NCBI GenBank assembly: GCA_000320545.1
Contig: ADNK01000108.1
Span: 12,917 to 76,916 of the forward strand
DNA: 64,000 nucleotides
Direction of reading: 5' to 3'
From: Bigelowiella natans CCMP2755
Lineage: Eukaryota > Protista > Cercozoa
Part shown: one piece after another, positions 13,101 through 24,525 of the stretch
Layout: every line of letters starts with the position of its first letter
How positions within the stretch are numbered: the stretch's first letter is position 1
Made by a program: the position numbers and the translations under genes
The notes under the pieces: generated by a model
The model's database searches: none
What the model was told of the DNA's origin: nothing
What the model saw: only the letters and a program-made list of their open reading frames with translations

Positions 13101-15123
13101 GCTCCGTTATCTGTCGGATGGTCTTGCCGGGGTTCTTCTTCCGTAGCTCGGTAGGTGTAGGTAGCTTGTTGTCCGCTAGGTCCATAAACTCTAACGCATT
13201 AACGCTTGACTCAGAGGTCCACTCGTCAAGCCGTATCATGTTCTGGCTGATGGTCCTGCCTGACTTCTTTGGCAACTTAGCAAAGTATATCTTGTGATTG
13301 TAGAATGATATGATCCCCCCTAATTTTTCTAGGGCATCCTGTCCGAGGAGTAGTTCCATGGATAAAGTCATGGCTACTCGGGTCTTGATTTGGGTCTCCG
13401 CGTCGCTGCCAGGTATCTGTAGCTTTAGCATTAGCTCACCGACGGTCTTCATGGAAGAGCTTCCGTCTGCTTGAGCATATTTACGTTCTTTCTTAGTCAC
13501 TTGATCCAATAGTCCTAACCTTCTTACTGTGCTTAGGCTTATGAAGGACTTCGGCATGCTGCCACTATCCCAAAGGGCAGGTAGTTTCTTGTAGTCTCCG
13601 TAGCTGTCTTTAACTTTAACCTTGGTCATAGCAACTTTGATAGTCCTGTTAGCGTCTTCGTCATTAATGTTGCATACTCCTAAGTTCTTTATGTCGTCTA
13701 GGGTCATGGGCTTGTCTTGGTCCTGCGTTGCTGGTACTGCTGTCTTCGTCGGCGCCTGCTTAAGGTGATCTAATATTCCGTTTATCTGCTGCTGTATAGC
13801 ATTGATACTGTTCTGCTTTTTGTTCTTATATTTATTGTTCTTCCCGTTGTTGCTGCCTTGCCATTTGCTGTTGTTATATCCTTGTCCTCTGCCTTTCTTT
13901 CTCTTTAACTTCTCGTAGTGTTCGTTGAGCTGCCTGATCGTCATCCTGGGTCGTCCTTCTTTCCTGTCTCTGCAGTCTTTAGCGGTGTGTTTCCCTTTAC
14001 GTGAGCAGTATCCGCAACGTCGGTTACCTTCCCTGTCCTTGTACCAGTCTCGCTGCGGCTTAATAGCGTTAATGTTTCCTATGCCAGGTACCTTAGGGCT
14101 GGTAAACTTGCGGTCCTGCTCCTGCTCGCGTAGGGATATAGCCTGCACTGCTGCCTCCATCGTGGTGTAGCCTTTCTCCGTAACGTAAGTGGATTCCTTT
14201 ATCTTTAACTTGAACTCTTCAAACCTTGCCTGATCATCACCTGTGTTGTAATTAAAATCATGTAGTTCGTCGATCATATCCTGGAAGCGCGTGGCAAAGT
14301 CTCTAACAGGTTCTCTCTCATGCTGCATCATTGCTCTGTATTTTCTAATAGCCTGGGGTAGGGAGTTAGCATCCTGTTCATTTACAAAAGCCTTCATTAT
14401 CGCCTCAACGTCTCGTAGCCCACTAACTGTAGTGTGTATTTTCTCTAGCTGCCTGATCCGGGTCCTGCCTGTCTCGTAAAGGTCCATGGCTTGCTTTATT
14501 ATAGCTAGCCATTTGAGCTTGTCGTTTTCGGTGGGGTTAGGGGTAAAGTCGCAGAGTATACTCCTAGCGTTCTTCCACCACCTCCTTGCCTCACCTCTTT
14601 TCCCGTTGTATTTCGTTATCATAACCGGTGCTGTTTTAACAGACATGAACTGGGTGTTCCGCTGTACCGGCTGCTGCTGCTTGACGGTGCTCTGGGTCGT
14701 CCCCCGCGAGGCGCCCAGACCCCCGTCGTTCCTAAACAAAGCTGCCCACTCTGGAGGTAAGTCTGCTTCGTAATCCATGATGTCCTGCATGATAGCTGCC
14801 CAAACATCATGTGTCTGATACTTGTATTCTATCGATACTTTCAGTTTGGCGTAGTTGCTCGCCCTGGGTCGCAAGGCTCGTAATGCCATTACGACCTTCT
14901 TGCTTTCGGCGGCCACGTCCTCGTCGTCCGCCTCGTAGAAGTTCTCCAGTGCCTCTGCTGCTGCATCTGCTTTCTTAATCCCGGGTGCTGGTCCCGGCGG
15001 TGCCTGTGGAGGTGTTCCTCCTCCTTCCTTAGCGTCCGTATCGCCCTTCCTTTCCTGTTTCTGCTCGTGCCCTTGCACGGCCTGCGAGCCAAAGTCCTGC
15101 TGTTCTTCTAGCTGCTGTGACAT
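10150..15123 (-). CDS. Gag-Pol polyprotein (1657 aa): Gag/zinc knuckle, aspartic protease, RT, RNase H, integrase, GPY/F-like region, extra C-terminal domain
   Basis: Zinc knuckle CGYCSRKGKHTAKDC; protease ALWDSGS; RT FPYGL and YVDD; RNase H LWTDWS...AEAKYS...TDHKPL; integrase HGPAH...YYWP...CRC, then QID...HVDN...SNSKVER. Confidence 0.96.
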   Translation of the reverse strand: MSQQLEEQQDFGSQAVQGHEQKQERKGDTDAKEGGGTPPQAPPGPAPGIKKADAAAEALENFYEADDEDVAAESKKVVMALRALRPRASNYAKLKVSIEYKYQTHDVWAAIMQDIMDYEADLPPEWAALFRNDGGLGASRGTTQSTVKQQQPVQRNTQFMSVKTAPVMITKYNGKRGEARRWWKNARSILCDFTPNPTENDKLKWLAIIKQAMDLYETGRTRIRQLEKIHTTVSGLRDVEAIMKAFVNEQDANSLPQAIRKYRAMMQHEREPVRDFATRFQDMIDELHDFNYNTGDDQARFEEFKLKIKESTYVTEKGYTTMEAAVQAISLREQEQDRKFTSPKVPGIGNINAIKPQRDWYKDREGNRRCGYCSRKGKHTAKDCRDRKEGRPRMTIRQLNEHYEKLKRKKGRGQGYNNSKWQGSNNGKNNKYKNKKQNSINAIQQQINGILDHLKQAPTKTAVPATQDQDKPMTLDDIKNLGVCNINDEDANRTIKVAMTKVKVKDSYGDYKKLPALWDSGSMPKSFISLSTVRRLGLLDQVTKKERKYAQADGSSSMKTVGELMLKLQIPGSDAETQIKTRVAMTLSMELLLGQDALEKLGGIISFYNHKIYFAKLPKKSGRTISQNMIRLDEWTSESSVNALEFMDLADNKLPTPTELRKKNPGKTIRQITELLDKTPPADDWDIDKGKKYINKILNEKYSDITKPTTKPSSKLTPVKIELKKGYEECIINDPEHRRPEADWEKIEWQINEWAKEGKIEPSNSPWNVRHVLAKKPTYPFFRLAHNFIRHNRVIKRIQTPTPRIDDVIEHVIGYKYYSSLDKNESYMQTPIHKTSRPITAFSSRHRKWHFVVFPYGLSISGDAFSSQNYRAYTHDGMASVLWVFVFVYVDDDIICTNTVVAQIFLLENIFIRFAHFGFTIRLQKCTFLATRIKWCGYYLEQGRITPNPEKVAALQQAPKPKNAKELKSFLQTAAWILRRFSPTYARTAAAFTTAYRKENSVGLSFAKVWAKAGLDAHFDNLIKLCSNTLLNAKLDTTRPATLWTDWSKLGMAAVLTQDQQIIRVWGRACTAAEAKYSPTKGEYKAMTEAQRKLRYYLLSVPSFTLMTDHKPLLGIDRKLEAPNDEYAAMRADTEEFRDKRTVVYAPGDKQLADYFSRLFEKKVPTQVTPMVNAITFEDGDFLPEPEELQHLQEHLDKYKHKHEVLSDRIYVYTNNVRRTYVPRRTRGALLFTAHGPAHVGENHITALLYHYYWPYKLKEIRTYLRGCRCSSLKAAGVATKESSKSRASKKIKARNFLDIVQIDVYKYDGYHYLTFVDVATGKCWVKKIIKVNVAKKNKGLYKQRLTNCYRTWESELQAIPDEVSINKIPKKLHVDNETSLLQLPHPNIDASPVYYAQSNSKVERLHRTLANLSRINSTTPDKIQGLVNDTFTSGGGIKDKEREEGDDNDDDTESEDEKVPYDGRVLKEGQYVRAKVNLRSRNKQDPFWGGVAKVTERKGRKQYYIYDGNRVTLRHISHLKNYDIGEKLLEDVKVNPTVWERAMPCLGPRPKFDVEYGNNKVRVNDDWRMKIVYLGYPGLRNMERVAMKIKDGKYQLLYLAVPDLPFEHWYKVLGDLDAEGWYGHEPKDEGEFWVSDKGDKVREESITWWLVKFRKR

Positions 15124-15139
15124 TGTTAGTCAAATCGTT

Positions 15140-15157
15140 TCCCGTGTGTGGAAGCCA
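15140..15157 (-). promoter_or_regulatory. Primer binding site (tRNA 3'-end complement; tRNA identity not determined)
   Basis: Minus-strand TGGCTTCCACACACGGGA starts 5 nt after the 5' LTR. It is the complement of ...CCCGTGTGTGGAAG-CCA. Confidence 0.7.
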
Positions 15158-15162
15158 AAGGT

Positions 15163-15488
15163 TGTTGCGCGTAAGGTGTTCACAGGCCGAGGCGCTACGT
15201 GCACAAGTAGGCAGGGGGGGGGAAAGGCACGTTTGCTTCCTTTTGAAGAGTTGTGTTTATTTTTATTAAAGATTATATTTTTATTAAATCGTGCACTGCG
15301 TAATCATTCGCGAAGCTTTCGCGAATGCCGCCGCACGTGGGGCAGCACACTTCCGGTGTGCTGCCATGAGTCCCGCCGGAACCCACGTGCCTATGCTGTA
15401 TTAATATCTACGTTATCTATATTCTATATCCGCGACAACCCCTTTGTTGTCGCACGTGACTTGTGCCCGCGTAGTGGTACGCGCTACA
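15163..15488 (-). repeat. 5' LTR (326 bp)
   Basis: Identical to 9773-10098. Confidence 0.97.
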
Positions 15489-16048
15489 TGTTTGACCAAC
15501 AAGGTTGTCTCAAGGCTCTTGAAAAATGACTTGCTGTTGTGGGCAAGTGCAGTTGGTGCATTGTGCTCAAAGCCAGAAAGGCTGCAATGCTCGACAAGTG
15601 ATTGCCCGGAGTGTTTTGGCGATTTTGCAATTTGCTGCCCAAACTGACTAGCTGATTGAGTTGACAAGTTGACAACAAGCATGAGCACGTGCAGTGGAAA
15701 CAAAATGAAAATAGTCCGGTGGTGCATGATGTTGCACATCCAGCCTGCCAGTGCACATCGCAGTGGTTATGCACGCAATGATTTGTGCGCAGTCTCTGTC
15801 CGCCTGCTGCGCCATTGTTTTTTTGAAGCAAGAGACATTGACTTGCTGCCAACGTGCAGATGAGATGCAATCGATGCTTGCACAGCTAGACAGTCGCGTG
15901 AGTGTGAGCGTCGAGCACGAAATGCACTGCATCTTCAAACGAACAATGAAACCACAAATGCCTGTAGATGCATTTGAAATGATTCAATTGATGGTTGTGA
16001 TATTGTGGAATTCAAGGCCAGAGTCGACACATCAATTTGGAGTCAGAA

Positions 16049-16509
16049 CTAAAATCGAAGTTTTCGCGGCCGACGCGTGTGCAAAACACTTCCTAAGGAC
16101 ACCGGAGCGATTCCAAGAGGATCAGCATCCTGGACTTTCGGCGCTGTTCGTTCTCTTTGACCATTGATGCTCCCTCCATCTGAGGGAAGAGCTACTTGTG
16201 GTTCTCTCGGCTCAAATCTTCGCCCATCACCCTCTTTCTTGTTAATTCCATTGCCACCTGCCACCTCGTCCTCACATTCTCCGTCCTGCTTTTGATGTAG
16301 CCATTCAGTGTCATTCGCCGTAATGGCCGTAGTCAAGACAGAATCGACGCCATTGTCAGAAATCTCGATGTTTTCGACGGAGTCGACGCTACTGCCCGAG
16401 TTTTTGGGATTTTCACCGTCATTGCTCTTTACCTCCCGCCTTGTGTGGAAGAAACAAATTACACATATGAATGTATGTTGTCACGTCCACACAAACGTAC
16501 ACACACAAA

Positions 16510-16551
<42 letters not shown>

Positions 16552-17465
16552 CACACACATATATGTGCCTGACGTGTCTATTTGCGTATTGTGAATTTGT
16601 GTTTCATATATTCTCAAATTATCGTTTTTTCATTTGAGATCTGCTTGCTAAGGAAAATGGTTACAAATGAGGCAACGAAAGGGTCAGCAATGTCAAACCT
16701 TCTCCTCTGATATACTAAGTCCTCTTTGGTCCCATCGACCACCTTCATCCTTGTTTGCATCCTAGACCCAACTCTTTTCCTTTGGAGTGCGATGCAACGA
16801 TGATGACGGCCTGCCTGGCCTCGTATTCTACCATTGTCTGATCTCTTACCCCCAGCGACCGTATCAAAGGCAGAGACAGATTTCCTAGTCTGATGCGTGA
16901 GCATCAACTTCCTCGTCTTTTTTCTTTTCTCAGCATTTTTTCGACACAACTTGGCCCAATAATCTATTCGGCTACCTCTATCTAACGCCTCCACCTTCCT
17001 ATGCCGTTCCATTCACCGTCTGTCAGTTAGCGGGAGTGTGTGAATGGCAACAGGTGCGACAAAAATATTTGAGAACTATGACATGCATGAGCGTGACTTT
17101 ATCACTTCAATGTACATACGTGCTCTTGGATGCTTCTCCGCTTCTCCAATTGCTTCCTCAGTTTCTCTGCTGGCCAAAGCCCACCGCTTCGCCGTCCGAT
17201 GGCAGGAAGATTCACAGACCCATCTCCAACCTGCTCAGTAGTCTTTGGGTTGGCCTTGAATTTTGTCGTTCCCTGATGCTGGTTCGACATACACAAACAA
17301 AAAATCCTCGTTCAAGGAGTGATTCCGCGCTCAATTGAATTCTAGAAACCCTACCGGCTTGGCCGTCCTCTTCGCGGAGACTGTCGGCACGATGGATGCG
17401 GCGAGGACGAGAGCGAGCGTGAAGACCTGAAACGGTGAGGTCCCCTGTCCAAAATCGCTACCCAT
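16049..17465 (-). CDS. Hypothetical protein with signal-peptide-like N-terminus (multi-exon; possibly decaying)
   Basis: MGSDFGQGTSPFQVFTLALVLAASIVPTVSA-KRTAKP splices in phase to GTTKFKANPK...; further charged low-complexity exons run to the stop at 16049. One acceptor is ambiguous. Confidence 0.45.
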
Positions 17466-18249
17466 TACAGCCCCGACCGACCGCTGCAGCCGACAATCGG
17501 GGCCGTACTAAATGTGTGAGGAAGGGGATAGCGCAAGATGATAGATGGCTATCTACGAAGTTGTCAGCTTAATAACGTTCCTAAATCGGTAATATTTCCA
17601 TATTGATCCTTGTCATGAAGGTTTCGGGCTCGAGGAACATTCCTATGCGACTCACTATCCCGATAACTACCTGTGATCTCACCTCGTTTTGCATGCTGCA
17701 GAATCGACGATCACCGAAAAGTAGAACAAAGTTCCTGCTTGAAACATCTGGGTCGTGATGTGAACTTACCTCTCACAGGGAGACAATAATCGCACAACAT
17801 CCGTTTACAGAAAATCATATATTCTGATACACTATGGTAATATTCGGGTGTAAAACTGTCCTGTCGGCATCAGTCTTCTTCTTCGTCTTCCTCTTCTTGC
17901 TTCCGTCACGAGTGATGCTGCTTCGAGCCACCAGAAGGGCAAGCATGCGCGGTGGGAGCGTCCTCCCCACCCACTTTCCTATTTCGCTGCAGATTTTTGT
18001 GTCCACATTCCTTTTAATGGCAAGAGCATTGCCTATGACCGACGTGAAATCGCAAACTCTCTCCCTTGCAAGTTGAAAGAGTCGTCTTTTGATGACATCA
18101 TCAACCAATCTCGGTTGTGAGGCAAGAGAAGGATGTCGACCCTTCCGACCGATCTTTCCCTATTCATGAACTTAACCGGTTATAAATGGAACGATGAAGG
18201 GGTTTCACTTCTAGTACGTAAAGTATCGTCCTGCACGCTCCTCGCAAAG

Positions 18250-19107
18250 ATGCATGGTGCTTTAATATCAGGTTTCTTCAGTCGTGGGCTTGCAGTTTCA
18301 GCTGCCCAGGCGGCTACAGGTACGGGTGGGCGCAGGAAAATGTCGGCTCTTGAGCTCATATCGAAGAGGCGTCGCGGCGAGCGGATCACGATGGTCACAG
18401 CTTATGACTGTAAGACTAACACGTAGATAGCACATCGAATTCATCGATTTACGTCTGACAAAAATAATGAGGATTCTCTTCCAAGCAAGCCATTATGGGG
18501 ATCACAATGAAAAAAGTTGGCATTTATTTTTGGCAGACCCGTCGGCGTTACACTGCGATCTTGCAGGAATCGACGTCGTACTTGTGGGCGACTCTTGCGG
18601 TAGAAATATGCATTATGAAAGGAAGCTGTTGCCATTTGTCATCGTTCATGCTAGCAATACCACCGTAGTCACAATAATCGCAATTGCCGTCACCAAAACC
18701 CGATCAATCGAAAGGAATGGTGGAGCTGGGCTATGAGAACACGCAACCGGTTACAATGGACGAGATGCTACACCATGCGAAGGCTGTTTGCAGGGGTAAG
18801 TGAATGGTTGATGATGTCGGTAGTGGTGCTTTTACGAGGACAAATCTGAGAACTACAGACAAAAAAGGATGAAGAGTGAGGGAAAGGGAGAGAGAGAGAG
18901 AGAGAGAGCACAGCACTTATCCGCTAAGATTTATCGTATTGAGGCAATATCCAAATTGACGTAATATCAGGCGCAAAGCATCCATTAGTGGTAGCAGATC
19001 TCCCCTTCGGAACCTACGAAATTAGCTCAGAACAGGCGCAGGTGATAACTTGTTTCTATGTTCTTGCTGCATAGAATCATCATTATCATCGTCATTGTCA
19101 TTATCAC

Positions 19108-19140
<33 letters not shown>

Positions 19141-19818
19141 TATCGTCAAAAAAGAGAAAGACGATAAATTGCGATGCTGAAGTGTCTTGATGTAACGGAG
19201 TCCATAAGTAGCAGCAGCCGATCAAGACGTTATATATAAAAGGAAAAATCAAATCTACATAGGAGGCAGCGTATCGATTTGTGAAGGAGGCGGGTGCAGA
19301 TTGTGTCAAGATGGAGGTAGCAATGTAGTCGGCAGCGGTTGAAGTAGAAATAGTAAGGAGGTGTAGGGAGGGCGGGGGGGGGGGGCGGGAGAGAAACGTT
19401 TGATTACAGATTGTGTCCAAGGATGATAGTCAGGCTTATTTCCCAAAAATTGTCTAAGATAATGTATTAAATTTTCATTTGCAAGGATATTTTTCTCATC
19501 CTTGTTCCTTCCGAACCCTCCATGTTCCTCCCTACCTTCCCTTCGATCCTCCCCCGCACAATCAGGGTGGTCGTATCCGCGCAAAAACTGCAAAAAAAGT
19601 CGTGGACGGGGGTGTAGCTGTTATGGGCCACATTGGCCTCACGCCACAACATATCAGGTGTGCGTTGAAAAGCATGCCGAGGATAGCGATATGCGTAATG
19701 CGCGAGGTAGTTCCGCCATCAAACTGATCTTATTATTGTGGTATTTCTCGATAGTGTGCTGGGAGGTTTTCGTGCCCAGGGAAGAACGGCCAAGAAGGCG
19801 CGGGAGCTCTTGGACGAT

Positions 19819-19864
<46 letters not shown>

Positions 19865-20767
19865 CACACACACACATGCACACATACTTGCAGATAATGT
19901 TCTCGCATGTCTTTTCACCATCGCGTATGAATGGAGTATTGATGAAATCGTACGCTTTCCACTTTAATACTGTCGACTCACAGGCGCTGGCCCTTGAAGA
20001 TGCTGGCTGCTTTGCCATTGTAATAGAGTGCGTGCCTCCACAGGTCACCCATCGCAAATAGACGGGAGAGGGGGAGAGAATAGATAGGTGAGGAAGGAAA
20101 GAATAGTATTTGGAAAAGGTCCACAGAATACGATCAGTGTCAACGTCTACTTCTCACGAAGACGTCGATGGATGGTTGTGGATGACGAGGAAGAATAGAA
20201 GGAGGACGATGCTAGTTAGACTCAAAATAACGAACATCACGATGAGCGTTATGACTGCTGAACATGGTGGCCAGGTTGGGAAAGCAATAACGGAGGCATT
20301 GGAAATCCCTACTATAGGTCTTTCACTCTCCCCCCCCCCCTTTCCCTCTTTATTCTACAAAACGTTATTCACCCTTCTTTCGCTCTCTAATCCCTGATTG
20401 TACCATGCTCAGGAATCGGCGCAGGACCAGGGACGACAGGGCAGGTTTTGCTTGCACAGTACTAGACAACGACAGCAATGACAGCAGTGATGGCGTTAAT
20501 AGTGATACATTAGCTACGCCTGATTTCCCTTAATATTATTTCGAACAAATTGACCCGCTACTGCTGCTGCTTTTCCTGCTTCTTCTTCTTCTTCTTTTGC
20601 TTCTTTTTATTCATATAGGTTTTAGTTTATCACGACATGCTCGGAATGACGACCCATCCACACTACAAGGCAGAAATAGATGGATAAATTATGATTAGAT
20701 ATAATAATGAAGCTGGTGGTGAGGATGGTAGTATTTGCATATGCGTGTGGTACGTGTGTGTGTGAGT

Positions 20768-20811
<44 letters not shown>

Positions 20812-21423
20812 TGACAGAAATGAGAAAAGCAAATCTTTCATATTTCTTTCCCGTGCATACAGGCGTTTACACCAAAGTTTTGCAAGAAGTTTGCCGATCT
20901 CGGCGAATCCATTCGGGAAGGGCTAGAAAGCTTCAAGCACGAGGTGGAGAGCGGCGGATTTCCAAGTCTGGAGCAGCATTCCCCATACAAAATGACGAAA
21001 TCGGAGGAGGTGAACACATGATTTACTGGCTGATGCTGTTGCTACCACCAGCAATGCTATTACCATAACTACTCAGCTACTACTTTATATTCACGTGATC
21101 GAATACGCAGGATCTCTTCATGAAAATGCTAGCGACAGACGCCGATGAACGAAGGCTCATCCACGATTCAAAGGCAAAAAAGGTTGGTAACCATCTAATG
21201 AAGACCGCAAAGTCCTCTGTGTTGCAAAATTTGTCAAACTCACCGAGCCTGTGTATGCACACCTGCATGATGATGGCATGCCATTGAGGCTCTACATCGC
21301 ACATTCTGACACTTTCTTTCTCGGTCACTACTAACCCCCTAGCTCAAAGAAACGGACGAATATGATGTTTTAAACCTGTACGGGGGTGGATACGTCACTC
21401 CAGACAAGTCACAAGAGGAATGA
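18250..21423 (+). CDS. panB: 3-methyl-2-oxobutanoate hydroxymethyltransferase (ketopantoate hydroxymethyltransferase) with probable mitochondrial presequence
   Basis: Exons encode [94 protein letters not shown] and PKF. Confidence 0.96.
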
Positions 21424-22125
21424 CCGACCACATGTATGCCAATGCAGCGAGCTCGGGAGGCTAATATGTCTTAGTGCATATATAGGGCAGTTTTGCATGC
21501 GCCAAGGACGAATTTATACGAGCATGCCCATGAATAAAATCATCAAAAAAACTAGTATGTTGTACATTCACTGACTGAATACATGGCAGCAGCGGTTTTG
21601 TGTGAAGGCTTTGTGGGTGTCATTTTTGCCGTACGCACTTAACGAGCATGCATGGCTAGATGGCATCACACTTTTGCGCTAGCGGTCAGCCCATTATCAC
21701 AATATAATTGTAGCTAGAGCGTGCGCATCGTACGCACATGTAGCTTCAGCTAAAGGATCCTATCATGTGACCGTAACCATGTACCACAACACACAAGAGA
21801 ACACTGGACTGGATGAACATCGCATGTTGGCTTCCCGTCTTATAGCCCGATGAACAAATGCAATTCTAAATGTCGTCAAGAGGAGGGACGCCAACGATAC
21901 TATCATAAAGTAAACCATAGAGAATCAATGCAAATCATTTCGAAATTCCGATTGAAAATGTGTAAAAAAGAGAATGCAATATGTCGTTTGGCAACCTGGA
22001 TGAAATCTGTTTTCTTTGCGATCTAATTACATAGAAATTAGAACAATTATCATCACAATTATAATAATTAACACCACTGTCATCATCTCTCTTATGACAT
22101 TCAAAAAATGGATAATGTTTTGTGG

Positions 22126-23025
22126 TCATTTTAGCATTTTTCGGATGTATCTACGGTGGAATCGTACTCTCTTTTATCCTCGATCTGAACTGCGTATCAA
22201 TAATGACGAGTACGTGTTGTCAAAGAAAGTAAAAATTCAACCTTATCATAAAGAGTACGAGCAGTGTAATTGTCGTCTGTAGTGGCCCAGTACACACGAC
22301 TCCAGCCTGAATTGAAACAAAACAACAAGAAGAACAATATTCAATTTCGGACACATAAGTACTTTCCTCATATTTACGGTCACTATTCTGGAGAAACTAT
22401 ATCGTTACCCTCATCATCCGCCCGCCTATATAACTCTGAGATAAGCGCACGTCCCGTGCCATGTCCTCGCACGCTTGAGTCCACAAACAAATCCTCCAGG
22501 TAGCAATAAGGCGTGATACTCCAAGTCGATGGGTGCAGCAAGTACGTCGCGAACCCGCCTACCATCGGCGGAGTGGACGCCGATGAAGACTCACAACTTC
22601 TCTCGGCTATCAAGCAATGCTGCATAGTATTCTTAGGGTCAATTAATCGTGAGAAGGTTTCGGTAGAGACTTCGTCAGGGAGGGGCTCCTGATTAGCACA
22701 GTTACGTTGTTACGCATGCTGGCTATTGTGCAACCTTTCATTGGAAAGCACGAACATTTCGACGGCACAACTTCCCCCTCCCTCCCTCCCCCCCGTCCCC
22801 CTTAAAGGTTCAAACTTTGTAGAATTCGAGGTAAAGGGCCCATAGCCTGCGCCAACTTTCGTAGTCTTCTTCTCGAAGCTCCCGCACGATAAGCCTTGCC
22901 TCCGAGGCGACGCCCGAAGATTCTGCTGCAAAACCTCTAGAGAATCGACCCAGGCTATTCCATGCAGTGCATCGTCGAGCAGAACAACGCGCCAGAGCAC
23001 CAGACAGCCTCGCTGCAGTCGCCAT
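22126..23025 (-). CDS. GNAT N-acetyltransferase (HPA2/HPA3-like) with organellar-type presequence
   Basis: VRELREEDYESWRRLWALYLEFY, GFATYLLHPSTWS..YCYLEDLFVDSSVRGHGTGRALI, WSRVYWAT..DNYTARTLYDK. Confidence 0.9.
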
Positions 23026-23261
23026 TCCGATACTCTTGGAATCGCGAGGATTGTGAGGCAATTGTGCACAGGGGAATTCTATGTGCGACATGGTGCGTAT
23101 GACGTCGCAAAGCTAAAATCAAGGCGAAAACGATCAGTTTTCGAAAGTTGCGTTCCTCGTAGATATTTCCGGGGCGAAAACTCTGAGAAAAGGTCAATCT
23201 TCGCTTGCCCGTAAAACCAAGCAATCGCACCGCCCCGCCCCCCCCCCCCCGGTTGTCGTCG

Positions 23262-24096
23262 ATGCGTTCGATTCTTGCACGCTTGTCTGCGCTGGGAAGG
23301 GGTGGTTACCTCCAGTGGGGCAGAGTCGTATCTCCACATGAGCGCCGAGTGGCTGCTGCCTTTGGTGCCTGCAGCCTCCCAATCGCACTTCTAGTGCTTG
23401 CAACTCAAATCCCCTCAGCCCCGACCCAGGTTCCCCACCCCGAATTTCCTTTAGTTGCTCATAATAGAACACACGATTCCCTCTCTGACTGATTGAATCC
23501 ACGTTCTATGCGCCCTCTTGACAATATGAAGCAGCCCACGTTTTGTTTGCTTGACAATAAAAAAAAGGCCACTGTGCACATACAGCCAGATAGTTTGAAG
23601 GACGGTGCCCTTTCCCCATTTCTTTCACCTAAAACTTCACTTTTCATATCTTAGCTACAATGGAGACCAACTAAGCTTGTCTCGCGGTCCCGAGGTTCGG
23701 AAGGATTATTGAAGAACATTGGCCCTTCAGTTGTTCTTTCTGTCCTCCTCATTCTCTCTTTTTGTTGTTTGTAAATTGTGTGTTAGCGTTTTTGGCGACA
23801 CAACCACAAACAATGCTGGACAAGGTCGCAAATACTAAGGATAGAAGCGGGAAACTTAATTTTAATGAGGGGAGGAGATTCGTTCTTTCTGTCTTATCTT
23901 GGCCCGTTTCACAACTTTTTTTTTTTTTAAAAGATCCCATGGAGGCGGCAACGGTTCCTGCCTTCTTCATCACGATCGAGAATCCAAAGTAGCAATATTG
24001 AATCAAAAAACGAAAATACGAAAAAGAATTGCGCAAACATGTGCTCCTTCATGCGCCAAAAAAAAACCATACGAAAATGCACGTACATTCGCACAC

Positions 24097-24176
<80 letters not shown>

Positions 24177-24339
24177 AACGACAACAGGCGGCCGCCAAGT
24201 GAGCCACGACAAAAGGGAGGTAAATCGTGACCTATACGATAAGTTAATAACGACCTTCGAGGCCACAGAACCCGGGAAGTGGAACAGGCTCGTATCCACT
24301 AGCAAACACTGGTCGAAGGTACTAGTAGTCCCCCAAATG

Positions 24340-24372
<33 letters not shown>

Positions 24373-24484
24373 AACTGCTACTAGCTTGCTTCTTCTCCTA
24401 GTGGTTGGAGGGAGAAGGAAGAATGGGGGGAGAAGCAATCGGGTTGTTCATGTCGGTATGCATTAACGTTCAGAGTAGAATCAC

Positions 24485-24525
<41 letters not shown>

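Larger units (their letters stand above)
9773..15488 (-). mobile_element. Intact Ty3/Gypsy LTR retrotransposon (5716 bp)
   Basis: Two identical 326-bp LTRs with TG...CA ends, 4-bp TSD TGTT (9769-9772 and 15489-15492), PBS, PPT, and a single ORF in PR-RT-RH-IN order. Confidence 0.97.

Noticed and set aside
15140-15162. Tf1-like self-priming instead of tRNA priming
   Set aside because: No convincing complement of the PBS within the LTR, and the TGG start fits a tRNA CCA end.
17480-18130. Possible small gene or extra minus-strand exons upstream of the 16049-17465 gene
   Set aside because: Donor-like sites exist (e.g. ~17770), but I could not build a coherent ORF or recognise a motif.
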